From the NCBI GenBank assembly GCA_011364925.1, contig RDOA01000008.1, positions 1 through 64,000 on the forward strand: DNA of 64,000 bases, read 5' to 3'. Every line of letters begins with the position of its first letter. Position 1 is the first letter of the stretch. The translations under genes and the position numbers were made by a program. The notes below the pieces were generated by a model. The model made no database searches, was not told the origin of the DNA, and saw only the letters and a program-made list of their open reading frames with translations. The DNA is from Promethearchaeota archaeon. GTDB lineage: Archaea; Asgardarchaeota; Lokiarchaeia; Sigyniarchaeales; SOKP01. Shown in pieces: positions 47,721 through 58,607 of this stretch.

Positions 47721-49463
47721 ATGGCCGAAGAATACGATTTTTTGTTTAAATCGATTGTGGTAGGTGATGGCGGAGTTGGTAAAACAGCACTTACGCTCCG
47801 TTTCTCAAAAGGTTTTTTCACTGAAGATTACAAAATGACAATCGGTGTTGATTTCCACGTAAAGACAATTTCAATTGATACATCTGAAGGGCCTATCAAG
47901 TGTAAGCTCCAACTCTGGGATACTGGGGGTCAAGAACGATTTAGCTCGATAAGACCAATGTACTATAGAGGATCGTTAGGAACTGTACTCGTTTTTGATC
48001 TCACAAATTCAGAAAGTTTTGGACATTTACCACAATGGATACAAGAAGTCAGAGCTAACATAAAAGCTGATATTCCGGTGCTTCTTGTCGGAAATAAAAG
48101 CGATCTAGTTGACCAGAGAGCCGTCTCGGCGGAGGATGTAAGTAAATTTACAAGAGACTTTAACCTATATTATATGGAAACTTCGGCTAAAACGGGTGAT
48201 GGAGTTGGAGATTGTTTTTACATTCTTGCATGCTTAATGATAGGACAGGGTGTTCCTGAACAATTAATTGCAAACTCAATCGTTTTTGCTCCAGGACAAT
48301 TTGCTACACCAGCCGTTCAAATTTCTTCGCAACCAATAGTTACTAAGGAACCTCAAAGCAATTATATCGCACCATCTGTTCCAGGACATATCCAAAACTT
48401 GAAAGAGGAGCCTGAAATAGAGTTTGAGGCACCACCAGTTCCTGAACCGAAGTTATCAAAAGTTCGAGGTCCAACGTCTCCTTTCATTTCCGATTCAGAG
48501 ATTGAATTTGAGGCTCCACCTGTTCCTGAACCACCACTAAAAGCGAAACCGCAACCTACTCCCGAAATCTCTCTACCTGAACCAACTGAAATAGAGTTTA
48601 AAACTCCTGATGAAATTATGATCAAAGAAGCTATAAAATCCGAACTTGATACATTAACAAGCGGTGACAATGTCTATAAACCTAAGACTGCACCTTTTAC
48701 ACCCAATGCTCCAGAACCTACAGCACCTCCTAAAGAATTTCAGAGTTCTTATTCAGAAGAACCAATCGAGAGATCTCCTATCCACACACCATTTCGCGTT
48801 ATTAAAAGAGAAGAGTCTCCTAAACCTCAACCAGCTTCAATGACGTTTGAACCTAGCCCTTCACCTCAACCAGAATCAACTGAATCTTTAGAATCAACCT
48901 CTGATTCGTTGATCGACTATATGCCTCAAACAATTTTAACGAAAAAAGAGAAGAAAAAGCAAGCAAAGGAAAAGAAAAAACAAGAAAAAGAGAAAGCAAA
49001 AATAGAAAAAGAGAAGAAAATGCTCGAAGAAAGGGAGAAACAAGAAGAATTGATCAAAGAAATGAAAAAATCTAAAAAATCTAAAAAGGAAAAACCCATC
49101 GTAACCCAAACATCAGAACCAACGCAAGCACCTACTATAAGTCGACCAGAAACTGGTATGAATTCCTTATTCCAAACCCTCACCCAAAAATCTGAAGTCT
49201 CCCCACCAGATCAGAGTGTCCCATTTATACCTTTTTCGGGAACAAGCAAAACTAAAGAAGAAGGGACATCTAAATTAAGAATCATCCCAAATGTAGCAGA
49301 CATTGATGCAAACTCTAACGGTTTCACAGCTTTTACTTCGTCTCAATCCAATCCAGATGAAGAACCAAAAGCTAAAACTAAAGATCTCTTAATTTGCGAG
49401 CAGTGTGGTTCAATCTTATCTGCTGATTATGCATATTGTAACAAATGTGGTAATAAGTTATAG
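47721..49463 (+). CDS. Rab-like GTPase with long Pro-rich disordered region, K/E coiled coil and C-terminal Zn-ribbon
   Basis: GDGGVGKT, TIGVDF, WDTGGQERF, NKSD, ETSAK; CEQC...CNKC. Confidence 0.92.
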   Translation: MAEEYDFLFKSIVVGDGGVGKTALTLRFSKGFFTEDYKMTIGVDFHVKTISIDTSEGPIKCKLQLWDTGGQERFSSIRPMYYRGSLGTVLVFDLTNSESFGHLPQWIQEVRANIKADIPVLLVGNKSDLVDQRAVSAEDVSKFTRDFNLYYMETSAKTGDGVGDCFYILACLMIGQGVPEQLIANSIVFAPGQFATPAVQISSQPIVTKEPQSNYIAPSVPGHIQNLKEEPEIEFEAPPVPEPKLSKVRGPTSPFISDSEIEFEAPPVPEPPLKAKPQPTPEISLPEPTEIEFKTPDEIMIKEAIKSELDTLTSGDNVYKPKTAPFTPNAPEPTAPPKEFQSSYSEEPIERSPIHTPFRVIKREESPKPQPASMTFEPSPSPQPESTESLESTSDSLIDYMPQTILTKKEKKKQAKEKKKQEKEKAKIEKEKKMLEEREKQEELIKEMKKSKKSKKEKPIVTQTSEPTQAPTISRPETGMNSLFQTLTQKSEVSPPDQSVPFIPFSGTSKTKEEGTSKLRIIPNVADIDANSNGFTAFTSSQSNPDEEPKAKTKDLLICEQCGSILSADYAYCNKCGNKL

Positions 49464-49499
49464 TTTATACGAATCCTTTATTCCTTTTTTATTATCTTC

Positions 49500-50282
49500 C
49501 TAAAGATTTTTACCACAAATGGGACAAGTACTCCATATTTTCTTAATCTTTGAATTACAATAAGGACAAGTTTTTAAATCTGGGTCTATTTGAGTTTGAA
49601 GTTTTCCAAAAATGGTTACATTATCTTCAGCACTATAACTTTTTGGCTGATGCGGTGGCTGAATCTCTCTACTATTTGTGTAAATTTGAGAAGATGTATC
49701 TATGGGTTCTTGCAGTTTTTCTTGAATTCTAAGATTTCGTTCTTGGTCTATAGTATCAGGTAGCTCTAACATTTCGTTGTATTCGCTTGAAACAGCAGCT
49801 CCTTGAGGAATTTGTTGGTTAACCTCAGATTCTTCGATAGGAATACCGACTTCGTAATGAAAATATTTGCCCTCGTTATTTTCAATCACTGTTTCGCCAT
49901 GAGCCAAAAGAACTTCAATATAATAGATAATTATAGAACCCATTGGGACATCATTTATTTCGGCAATAAAATAATCCAATTCTTGTTCCATTCGCAAGCG
50001 ATACCATGACTTTCCATGATCAGCACTAAAAATTAGAAGGACTCTTTCTAATGTGGTACTGAAATCTTCCTCTGTGATTTTAACAACAATTTTAATCGTT
50101 TTTTTTAAAATTTCTGTTTGTCCAACAGATTCCGCTGCCTTTGTAGAATCCCATGCAGCGCCACATTTAGGGCAGTTAGTAAACCAATTTGGGTATACAA
50201 ATTGACAATTGGTGCAATTTTTCGTAAAATATCTAGTAGTTTTTATTCCAAGTGTTTTTTTTTTATCTTTTCCCATTATCAA
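49500..50282 (-). CDS. Protein with N- and C-terminal Zn-ribbons
   Basis: CTNC..CPKC and CPYC..CPIC. Confidence 0.8.
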   Translation of the reverse strand: MIMGKDKKKTLGIKTTRYFTKNCTNCQFVYPNWFTNCPKCGAAWDSTKAAESVGQTEILKKTIKIVVKITEEDFSTTLERVLLIFSADHGKSWYRLRMEQELDYFIAEINDVPMGSIIIYYIEVLLAHGETVIENNEGKYFHYEVGIPIEESEVNQQIPQGAAVSSEYNEMLELPDTIDQERNLRIQEKLQEPIDTSSQIYTNSREIQPPHQPKSYSAEDNVTIFGKLQTQIDPDLKTCPYCNSKIKKIWSTCPICGKNL

Positions 50283-50393
50283 TTCATATCTAAAGAGGAA
50301 TTTTACCCTAATGAATTAGGTTAAATTATTAAATTACGATTCAATTAATAAATATATTTCTGATAGCTATATTAAAAGTCTAACTTCTTCTTA

Positions 50394-51569
50394 TTATAAT
50401 TTTAGTTTTTTTACAATTTTTTCTAAATCATCAGCAAAACGAGATAAGTGTTGTCTTTTTACATGAGGCATTACAACAATTCTAATTAAATTTAAGTCAT
50501 TGAATTTCCCTAACATCCACAAATTTTTGCGTAGCGCTTGTTCGAGCTCACACACACTATCTCCGTTTTCAGTGGTGATGCCTACAATATTCAATACGGG
50601 ATTAGTAGCGATTTTTACCCCTTGAATTTCAGATATTCTTTGCACTAAGTATTCAGTGTTTTCCATACACTTTTTAACGATTTCTTTGAATCCATTAATG
50701 CCTAAATACTTTAAAATCACCCAAAACGCAATAATTGGACCTCCAGGTCTAGTGCCGACGATATGAAAATGCTTAAATGATCCACCAGCTAAATACGGGA
50801 TTTCAAAACCTGTCCTCTGTAATATTGAAGCATCTTTGATAAAATAACCACCTGAAGGAATTACTCCTAGTCCCATTTTATGAGGATCAGCTGTAATTGA
50901 ATCTACTGTATTTACGGAAAAATCCCATGAAGGAACCTTATAACCCAGCCTTTTAAGAAAGGGCAAAACAAATCCTCCGAATGCGGCATCTATGTGAAAG
51001 AAAATGTCTTTCCCTTCAATCAATTTCCCTATTTTTTCAATAGGGTCAACTAATCCTAAGGAGGTAGTACCCGCAACTCCAACAATCGCGCATGTATTTT
51101 TGTTAATTAATGATTCAAAGTGATCTAAATCTACTTGATAATTTTCTAAGAGTTTAGCTTTTCTCAATTTAAGGTTCAAGAAGTCTGCAGCTTTATCAAA
51201 AGAAAGATGAGCAGAAGCTGGAACCACAATTTCGGGCTTTTTTATGTCAGGTCGTAAATTTCTAGCTATTCTCATCGCTATCAGATTAGCTTCAGACCCT
51301 CCTGTAGTGAATGCCCCAATAATATTATTGTTTCCGAATAAATCACCAATTTCTAAAACTAGTTCCTCCTCAAGTTCTGCTGTGCCTAAAAATAACCCTG
51401 GGTCACCTAAATTCTTAGAAATATACTTTAGATAGATTTCCTTAGCAAGATCTAAAGGTTCTGTGCACATAGATCCTAAGATTGACCCTGAATCGTAAGA
51501 AAAATCTTTCTCTAACTTCTTGTCAAGCAATTCGAGTATCTCTCGTTTCTCTAAGCCTTCTTCTTGCAT
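50394..51569 (-). CDS. mfnA: L-tyrosine/L-aspartate decarboxylase (PLP-dependent)
   Basis: ILGSMCT, NLGDPGLF, GGSEAN, HIDAAFGG, DPHKMG. Confidence 0.93.
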   Translation of the reverse strand: MQEEGLEKREILELLDKKLEKDFSYDSGSILGSMCTEPLDLAKEIYLKYISKNLGDPGLFLGTAELEEELVLEIGDLFGNNNIIGAFTTGGSEANLIAMRIARNLRPDIKKPEIVVPASAHLSFDKAADFLNLKLRKAKLLENYQVDLDHFESLINKNTCAIVGVAGTTSLGLVDPIEKIGKLIEGKDIFFHIDAAFGGFVLPFLKRLGYKVPSWDFSVNTVDSITADPHKMGLGVIPSGGYFIKDASILQRTGFEIPYLAGGSFKHFHIVGTRPGGPIIAFWVILKYLGINGFKEIVKKCMENTEYLVQRISEIQGVKIATNPVLNIVGITTENGDSVCELEQALRKNLWMLGKFNDLNLIRIVVMPHVKRQHLSRFADDLEKIVKKLKL

Positions 51570-51693
51570 TTTTTATGGGGGTGATACGACTAAGTTACTT
51601 CAATTCTAAAAAGTAAAAAGCTTAAAAGAATTAAAATTTTACAATTAGAGATTTAAATTTAGAAAAAATTTTCAAAGCTGTAAAATTATGTGG

Positions 51694-52029
51694 CTAAACA
51701 AATCGTTTTGAGTCCCTTTTAGTAAACTTATCTATAACGAGAGATAATTCTCTATTTAAATCTATTTTATAGTAATTAGCCACACAACTTATAGAAAAAA
51801 TAACATCAGCTAATTCTTCTCCTAGATTTTTTTCCGCTTCGTCTGTTTTTTTAGGTTTATGACCTTCGAGATGGTTTATTTCTTTTGCTAATTCACCTAC
51901 TTCTTCCACTATTGCACTTAACATAGAGAGAGGAGGCCAATATCCACCATGAGCCACTATCCACTTGTCAATTAATTTTTGATGTTCTAAAAGAGAAATA
52001 TTTTTGTTCATATATATTTTAATAAACAA
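51694..52029 (-). CDS. MazG-like nucleotide pyrophosphohydrolase
   Basis: EEVGELAKE, GEELADV. Confidence 0.9.
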   Translation of the reverse strand: MFIKIYMNKNISLLEHQKLIDKWIVAHGGYWPPLSMLSAIVEEVGELAKEINHLEGHKPKKTDEAEKNLGEELADVIFSISCVANYYKIDLNRELSLVIDKFTKRDSKRFV

Positions 52030-52049
52030 AGCTATTTATTGTCAGATAT

Positions 52050-54188
52050 TTACGAATGTAAAGTATACCGTTTTCTCGATTCCCATTCAGCTTTCTTACC
52101 TAAATTATATCTATTTACTTCGCTATAGTACCCCGTAATTCTCGAATACACCTTAACGTCTCCAGATTGACAAATTGGACAATTAAAAGTTCCACCCCGG
52201 AACATTTTTCTGCAATGAGGGCAAAAAGTAAAATCAGTTGTGTAAGCGAAATACGCTGTGTTTGTATTGAGACAAATGTTTTTAGTCAACTCCCATAAGC
52301 CATGAATATCTGGATTCTGCTCACCGAGCCAAATATGAGTAATTACACCTCCTTCTACAATGGGGTGCAAATCTCCTTGCTTTTTAATCCTTTCAGGTAA
52401 ACTTATATCAGCATCATATCTGAAATGGCTAGAATTTGTATAGTATGCTGACTCACCTGAAGATTGCGGGATTGCTTGTTTAGGGAAATGCTTCAAATCT
52501 AATCTTGCAAATCTTCCGGAACTAGATTCAGCAGGTTGTTCCCATAAAGAAAAGCTAATTCTTTCCCTCTCTGTCATGAAATTGCACTTAGCTACCATAT
52601 ATTCTAAAACTTTTTTTCCTAATTTATATGCAGTCTCATTTTCATGTAATTCGTATCCAGTCAATCCCTTCATGGCTTCGTTCAAACCAGTAAAGCCGAT
52701 CGAAAGGTTTTGATCTTTTAAATTAAAAATTGATTTTCCATTAATTTCGCCACTACATAAGGGTAGATGCCCCGATCTTAAACGCTTTTCCATTAAGCTC
52801 CATTTTTTTAGTAAAATCCTCGCAGAAAGCTCTATTTTTTCATCTAAAATCCTAAAATAATCATCTTCATTATTAGCCATATATGCATATCTTGGTAAAT
52901 TAAGACTAACGCTTTGAAGTGAGCCAATTGAGACATAATTCTCCCATACATTAGCATTCTTTCTTTCTTCGGAATCTAATATACATTTACTAATAATCTG
53001 ATTTCCACTTAAAAATTTTCGACAACATTGGCTATGAATTTCGTCTGGCATCCATTCAGGACACATATTAAGAAAATAGGGAGTCCCCATTTTCGCAACT
53101 TCTTCCATTAACTTAATGTAGGATGGTTCGAACTCTTTTAACCATTCCTTTTTAATTTTTATTTCGTGTTTCGGAAACGCAAACAGCTTTCCATCGTAAT
53201 CTCCTTGGATATAAACGTCGGTAAGAGCATCAAAAAGTTTTAAACACTCCTCTTTATAATCCTCATACTTTCCAATGACTTTACCATGGGGACCAATAGC
53301 GGGGATGTTTAGCAACCCGTCAGGTATTGTGGGAGTACATGATATTGATGTAAAGGGTACTTGACCTCCTCGAGCTGCAAAAATTTGATTTGTTTCAAAT
53401 ATTAAGCATTGCATAGATTGTTCGATTTCTCCCGCGGAAAGACCATGTGCATAAGGAGCGAGGAATGTAGTAATATAGTCGTACCCCTGACCGCCTGAAA
53501 ATTCGCCCTGAATAGTGCCTAACCATTTAGCTAAGTGTGTTACTGCTACCCTTAAACTTCCTGCAGGACCCGATCGATTACAATGAGCCCAACTATTTAC
53601 AGGTGGTAATCCGTGTTCAAGAATCATACGTGGATCCCATTCCTGACAAAAAGGTCGAAGGTCGAAATATCTAAGCATATGTACGTGAATATCTCCACAT
53701 AAATGGGCTTGTGCTTCTTCAGAGTCTAAAATTCTTAGGAGAGCGTATTCATCAGAAATTCTATTTGCAGCCCAATGATGAATACTCTCTGGGTTCATAT
53801 CTTGATTAGCGTTTTCATTAATACCCTTCTCAAGTATTGCTTCATAATCCATTAAAGGCATACCGATTCGAGTATATAGCTTACGTTCATCCTCGTAGTG
53901 TTCTTCTGATAAAATTGAGCACACAATTTCTCGTATGTGTGGGCCTGATAAAAATGATATATTAGAGGAAATAATTCTCCTCACAACTAATTGCGTAATT
54001 CTGTCAGCAGATTCTAAATCGAGCCCTGTTTCGCGCATAATGCTTTCTTTTATTTTTAAAGGGTTAAAAGGTACTACATCGCCTTCTGTTCGTGAAACTC
54101 TCGGTAATAAATTCTTTAAAAATCCACTTTCTAACAGCTTTTTTTCGTTAGTAGTTTCAGATTCTGGAGTTAAAACCATAACAATCAT
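52050..54188 (-). CDS. nrdD: Anaerobic (class III) ribonucleoside-triphosphate reductase with ATP cone
   Basis: ATP cone, PAES, YYTNS, CPHC..CPIC, SRITGY glycyl-radical motif. Confidence 0.95.
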   Translation of the reverse strand: MIVMVLTPESETTNEKKLLESGFLKNLLPRVSRTEGDVVPFNPLKIKESIMRETGLDLESADRITQLVVRRIISSNISFLSGPHIREIVCSILSEEHYEDERKLYTRIGMPLMDYEAILEKGINENANQDMNPESIHHWAANRISDEYALLRILDSEEAQAHLCGDIHVHMLRYFDLRPFCQEWDPRMILEHGLPPVNSWAHCNRSGPAGSLRVAVTHLAKWLGTIQGEFSGGQGYDYITTFLAPYAHGLSAGEIEQSMQCLIFETNQIFAARGGQVPFTSISCTPTIPDGLLNIPAIGPHGKVIGKYEDYKEECLKLFDALTDVYIQGDYDGKLFAFPKHEIKIKKEWLKEFEPSYIKLMEEVAKMGTPYFLNMCPEWMPDEIHSQCCRKFLSGNQIISKCILDSEERKNANVWENYVSIGSLQSVSLNLPRYAYMANNEDDYFRILDEKIELSARILLKKWSLMEKRLRSGHLPLCSGEINGKSIFNLKDQNLSIGFTGLNEAMKGLTGYELHENETAYKLGKKVLEYMVAKCNFMTERERISFSLWEQPAESSSGRFARLDLKHFPKQAIPQSSGESAYYTNSSHFRYDADISLPERIKKQGDLHPIVEGGVITHIWLGEQNPDIHGLWELTKNICLNTNTAYFAYTTDFTFCPHCRKMFRGGTFNCPICQSGDVKVYSRITGYYSEVNRYNLGKKAEWESRKRYTLHS

Positions 54189-54603
54189 CTTTTTTTTTAA
54201 TTTATTATTTCCACTTATATGATAACGGAAAATTACCGTTAAGAAAAACTAAAATTTTCGTCGGTTTGATTAAGCGAAATAATAGCTTAAATGAATATAT
54301 ATTCTCGTTAATACATTGCCTCTTTTGATATAAAAATCTATTTCTTTTTCCAATTTAAACTTAATCTATTAAATAATTGTTCACAACCTAAAAACTCTGT
54401 CAGGAAAATCACAGAAAAATCCATATTGTCACCGTTAAATTTGGGTACGTTATCACAAATCTCGATATTTTACTCGCAAACTTAAAATTGTCGTCTTAAC
54501 TGGTTTTGTAATTTTCAATTTATGGGTGAAAAATTTAAAAAATATTGATTACGAGTATATTTAAAGAAAAATTAGATGAGATTAAGTTAAAAAACCAGTT
54601 AAA

Positions 54604-54933
54604 ATGAAGAAAAATCCCGTAAACAAAAGTTCTATCAATGGTATAGAGGCATTGACTGGAATCTATCGAAAAACCTTAATCTATAACGATAATCTGATGT
54701 TATGTCATTTTTTCTTAGAAAAGAATTCAGAAGTTCCCCTTCATTCGCACAAGGAACACCAAATTGGGTATGTAATTAAAGGAAAATTAAATTTTTTCAC
54801 TGAAGATGGAGAATTTATGGCTGAAGAAGGAGACAGTTATGTTTTTGAATCAAATGAAAAACATGGGGCTAAAATCTTGGAAGATTCGGAAGTAATAGAT
54901 GTTTTTAGCCCATCAAGGGAAGATTACAAATAA
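54604..54933 (+). CDS. Cupin domain protein
   Basis: PLHSHKEHQIGYV, DVFSPSREDY. Confidence 0.9.
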   Translation: MKKNPVNKSSINGIEALTGIYRKTLIYNDNLMLCHFFLEKNSEVPLHSHKEHQIGYVIKGKLNFFTEDGEFMAEEGDSYVFESNEKHGAKILEDSEVIDVFSPSREDYK

Positions 54934-54966
54934 CACTGAATAGATGTAGATAAACTTAATAAAGAT

Positions 54967-55338
54967 TTACCACTGATACGCAGCGACAACAAAAACGGCA
55001 ATCATACAGAAAATAAATTGTGCTAATAGCCAGTCGATGAACAGTTTTCTTTTTTGATCTCTATTTTCCTTAACTTTCGCTGCTAATGCAAAACTAATTG
55101 CTGAATTGGTTCCAGTGAAGATTATCAGTGCAAATGTGGATGCGTTTAATCTTAATGTAATCATATCTAGGATATAATCAAAAATAAAAAAAACACTTAA
55201 CAAGGCTAACATCGCTATTAAAAATATCCATCCCGAAAATTGAATGACTTTCTCAAATACGATTTCCTCTTCAGATAATCCTCCTGGTAACCTTGTCGTT
55301 TTTTTCTTTACTTTTGACATGTCTTTAATACCATACAA
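54967..55338 (-). CDS. Membrane protein
   Basis: 3 TM segments. Confidence 0.75.
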   Translation of the reverse strand: MYGIKDMSKVKKKTTRLPGGLSEEEIVFEKVIQFSGWIFLIAMLALLSVFFIFDYILDMITLRLNASTFALIIFTGTNSAISFALAAKVKENRDQKRKLFIDWLLAQFIFCMIAVFVVAAYQW

Positions 55339-55404
55339 ATTATAAACAATTGAATGCTTAATGATTCTTAACTCTTTTTTTTTCTATAAACTCATTTCAA
55401 AATA

Positions 55405-55884
55405 TTAAGGTTTATTTTTTAGAAATAAAATCGCCTTTGCTATATCTCCCTCGCTATCAATTAATGCAGCATTAGCCTCTTCCTTACTTACTTTTGCTTG
55501 AGTAGCTACTAACATTATATCATTTTCAGTAATAATCGTTTTTGTTTCAGATTCTTCGATTATTCCCTCTTCTTCCTCTTCTTCCCTTTCCCCAAACTGA
55601 ACCTCGCCTACGGGATATTCCTCTGCTTCTCCTATCACTTGATAAATTTCTTGACCCATTTGCTTCATTAATACGACTTCGGGTTGATCTATTACGAGTG
55701 TTTTATCGTAACTTTCGATTATTACGCGTGTGGCGTTAACTTGTTCCATATCTATTCCTTGTTGCTGCATTCGACGACGCATCTGTCGTGATGCAAATTG
55801 TTGACCTTCTCTTTTTTTTGTTGCTTGTGGACGTGTAGGTTTACTTTTTTCCTTTTTTTGCATCTCTTTAGGCAATTTTACCAT
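55405..55884 (-). CDS. nac: Nascent polypeptide-associated complex protein
   Basis: RQMRRRMQQQGIDM, NAC domain, C-terminal UBA-like domain (GDIAKAIL). Confidence 0.93.
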   Translation of the reverse strand: MVKLPKEMQKKEKSKPTRPQATKKREGQQFASRQMRRRMQQQGIDMEQVNATRVIIESYDKTLVIDQPEVVLMKQMGQEIYQVIGEAEEYPVGEVQFGEREEEEEEGIIEESETKTIITENDIMLVATQAKVSKEEANAALIDSEGDIAKAILFLKNKP

Positions 55885-55932
55885 TTTTTCAACAACTCCA
55901 AACGATATTATATTATAATTATCTATTTATTT

Positions 55933-56424
55933 TTATAATTTTGATTTATTGTTTCCTTTCCTAACTTTTATAGCAACTCCAGTTTTAAAACTTTGAACAT
56001 ATGGAACTGGGATCATTAGCTTTCCAATCGCTAAAGTTTCATTTTCCTGATTCACAACAATAACTTCATCTAAAGGTCTTAAATTTTCATCAATCTCAAT
56101 AATGTGTTTACAGAAGACATTTCGACCTATTCTAATGAAATCAGATACTTCACTCATAACCACAGCTCTGAGTTTTGGTGAAGGGATATTCTTAGCTATT
56201 TTATCAGCTGAAAATAAACTTAGTGTAAAAAAACCATTTGTAGGTCTTAAATTTAATATAAGGTTGTTTTTATAATATACATGCTTTATTTTGCCTGTAT
56301 TTTTAGAAAATTCAAAATGAATCTCATTTTCATCTTCAAACAGAATATCTGTGATCGGTTGACCAAATTGGTAATCAGAAATCGCTTTTGCTTTTCTTAA
56401 AGCAAATAGCATTTTGGTTTCCAT
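55933..56424 (-). CDS. PUA domain protein
   Basis: ISDYQFG, GRNVFCKH, LRPLDEVIVV. Confidence 0.9.
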   Translation of the reverse strand: METKMLFALRKAKAISDYQFGQPITDILFEDENEIHFEFSKNTGKIKHVYYKNNLILNLRPTNGFFTLSLFSADKIAKNIPSPKLRAVVMSEVSDFIRIGRNVFCKHIIEIDENLRPLDEVIVVNQENETLAIGKLMIPVPYVQSFKTGVAIKVRKGNNKSKL

Positions 56425-56484
56425 ATTGACATATTGTTGTATAACTTTACATTAAAATAAAATGGATTAATACAGATAAGAAGG

Positions 56485-57696
56485 TTAAGTATACATTCTT
56501 GATTGAACAGACTGATCTTTCATTTTATTCATTACTTTATTTACAGCTTCAACAAAATCTTCTTTGACGATTTGCTCTGCATCTTTCCTGATTGCAAACA
56601 TTCCAGCTTCAGTGCATATGGCTTTGATATCCGCTCCAGTAGCCCCCTCGGTTAATTCAACTAACCTATTAAAGTTAACTTCACCTTCAATATTTAAAGC
56701 TCTAGTGTGAATTTTGAATATTGATTTTCTTGATTCTTCGTCTGGTATGGGAAAATCAATCATTCGATCAAATCTACCTGGTCTTAATAAAGCAGGATCT
56801 AAGATATCGATTCGATTTGTTGCTCCAATTATTTTTACATCACCTCTTTGCTCAAATCCGTCTAATTCGCTTAACAATTGCATTAAGGTCCTCTGAACTT
56901 CCCTATCTCCAGAAGTGGCAATTTTTAATCTTTGTGAACCAATTGCGTCTAATTCGTCAATAAATAAAATTGTGGGCGCTTTTTGTTTTGCTAAATTGAA
57001 AATTTCTCTTACTAAGCGAGCACCTTCACCAATAAATTTCTGAACTAATTCAGAACCAATTATTCTGATAAAAGTCGCTTCAGTTTCGTGAGCAACTGCT
57101 TTTGCTACGAGAGTCTTACCTGTACCCGGGGGTCCATAAAGCAAAACTCCTTTAGGAGGATCGATTCCTACTTTTTTAAATAAATCCGGTTTTAAAAGAG
57201 GTAATTCGACAGTTTCTCTTACTTCTTGTATTTGATCACTTAATCCACCTACGTCTTCGTAAGAGATGTCTGGAATTTCGTCTATTACTTCCATTCCTTT
57301 CACAAATGGATCCAATTTAGTCGGTAGAATCTCCATAATTGCGAAAGTTCTCTGATTTAAGGCGACTCGCATACCAGGAGTTAAATTCTCATTTTTCACT
57401 TTTCTACTGGGGTTAACAACAAAACTAGGTCCTGTGGAGCTCTTAACAATGACTTTTCCCGTGTCTTCTAACATATCAATTACAGTAGCTGACACTAATG
57501 GAGGCTCTCTTAATCTGTCAATCTCATTTCTTAGACTATTTAATTCCTGCTCTAATCTTAAACGCTCTGCATCTAAAAGTTGCTTCTCCGTTTCAAGATT
57601 TCTTAATCTTTTTTCTAAATGCCTCGTATAGGTGATTAGATATTCTTCATCTTTCGAAGTTTCTTCCTTTTTTCTCCTGTCCTTAGTCGTTGTCAA
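56485..57696 (-). CDS. pan: Proteasome-activating nucleotidase
   Basis: Coiled coil, [21 protein letters not shown]-terminal HbYX (MYT). Confidence 0.97.
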   Translation of the reverse strand: MTTTKDRRKKEETSKDEEYLITYTRHLEKRLRNLETEKQLLDAERLRLEQELNSLRNEIDRLREPPLVSATVIDMLEDTGKVIVKSSTGPSFVVNPSRKVKNENLTPGMRVALNQRTFAIMEILPTKLDPFVKGMEVIDEIPDISYEDVGGLSDQIQEVRETVELPLLKPDLFKKVGIDPPKGVLLYGPPGTGKTLVAKAVAHETEATFIRIIGSELVQKFIGEGARLVREIFNLAKQKAPTILFIDELDAIGSQRLKIATSGDREVQRTLMQLLSELDGFEQRGDVKIIGATNRIDILDPALLRPGRFDRMIDFPIPDEESRKSIFKIHTRALNIEGEVNFNRLVELTEGATGADIKAICTEAGMFAIRKDAEQIVKEDFVEAVNKVMNKMKDQSVQSRMYT

Positions 57697-57938
57697 ATAT
57701 TATCTTCCCCATCTTTTACTTATTTCAATTCTAAGATAAAAATCTAAATTAATAATAACAATTTATTCATTTAAACTTAAGGTAATACGCTAATATCAGA
57801 AAGCAGTTGAGTAATAAAAAATTTTTGGATTATATTTTATAACGAGTTCTATTTAGAAACCATAAATTATAAGAGTTCTATATCCCAATCTTATTTGTGA
57901 AGTTTTTCCTTTAAAATTACCAAGAGCAGTGTTATTCT

Positions 57939-58475
57939 ATGTCGAAAAAGAAGGGAAACGAATATGAGAAGGAATGTCCAATTTGTGGTGGAATAATATG
58001 GGGACAAGGAGAAAAGGTTCTCATTGAAGGAGCAAAAATTACCGTGTGTCAAAGTTGTGCTCAATTTGGCGTAAAAATTAAACCTAAACCTAAAATTGCG
58101 GATAATATGCAAAAAATTTATCCTAAACCTAAACCATCCTCGAAACGAATAGTTCATTCCAGAGATTTGGACGAGAGTGTAGAGATTGTTAACGATTATG
58201 TCAGGAGAATTAAAAAAGCTCGGAATGCTCGCGGACTGAATCAAGATCAGTTTGCTCAAAAACTAAACGAGAAACCTTCTTTATTGAGAAGAATTGAAGC
58301 TGGGAAAGTCGAGCCTACAATACAGTTGGCAAAAAAGATAGAACAAGTTTATAGCATTGTACTTCTTAAGCAGGTAGATGAAATCGAACCTTCAAATAAG
58401 CAAAGCCAGTATATGAAGAAATCTAGTGGCTCTTCTTTAGGTGATATCGCTTATGTTAAAAAGAAGAAGAAATAG
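57939..58475 (+). CDS. mbf1: Archaeal multiprotein bridging factor MBF1
   Basis: CPICG...CQSC Zn ribbon plus Cro-type HTH; SLGD tail. Confidence 0.92.
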   Translation: MSKKKGNEYEKECPICGGIIWGQGEKVLIEGAKITVCQSCAQFGVKIKPKPKIADNMQKIYPKPKPSSKRIVHSRDLDESVEIVNDYVRRIKKARNARGLNQDQFAQKLNEKPSLLRRIEAGKVEPTIQLAKKIEQVYSIVLLKQVDEIEPSNKQSQYMKKSSGSSLGDIAYVKKKKK

Positions 58476-58607
58476 CATCTAATTGAAAAAAGAAAGTCAA
58501 GATCTATCTCGTTGGATTGAAGGTCTTTAGATAAATAGTACCTTTACTAATCCTTAAGTTTATTTTGTATATATAATATTCTCTAGAGGATAACTCAAGG
58601 AATTAGG

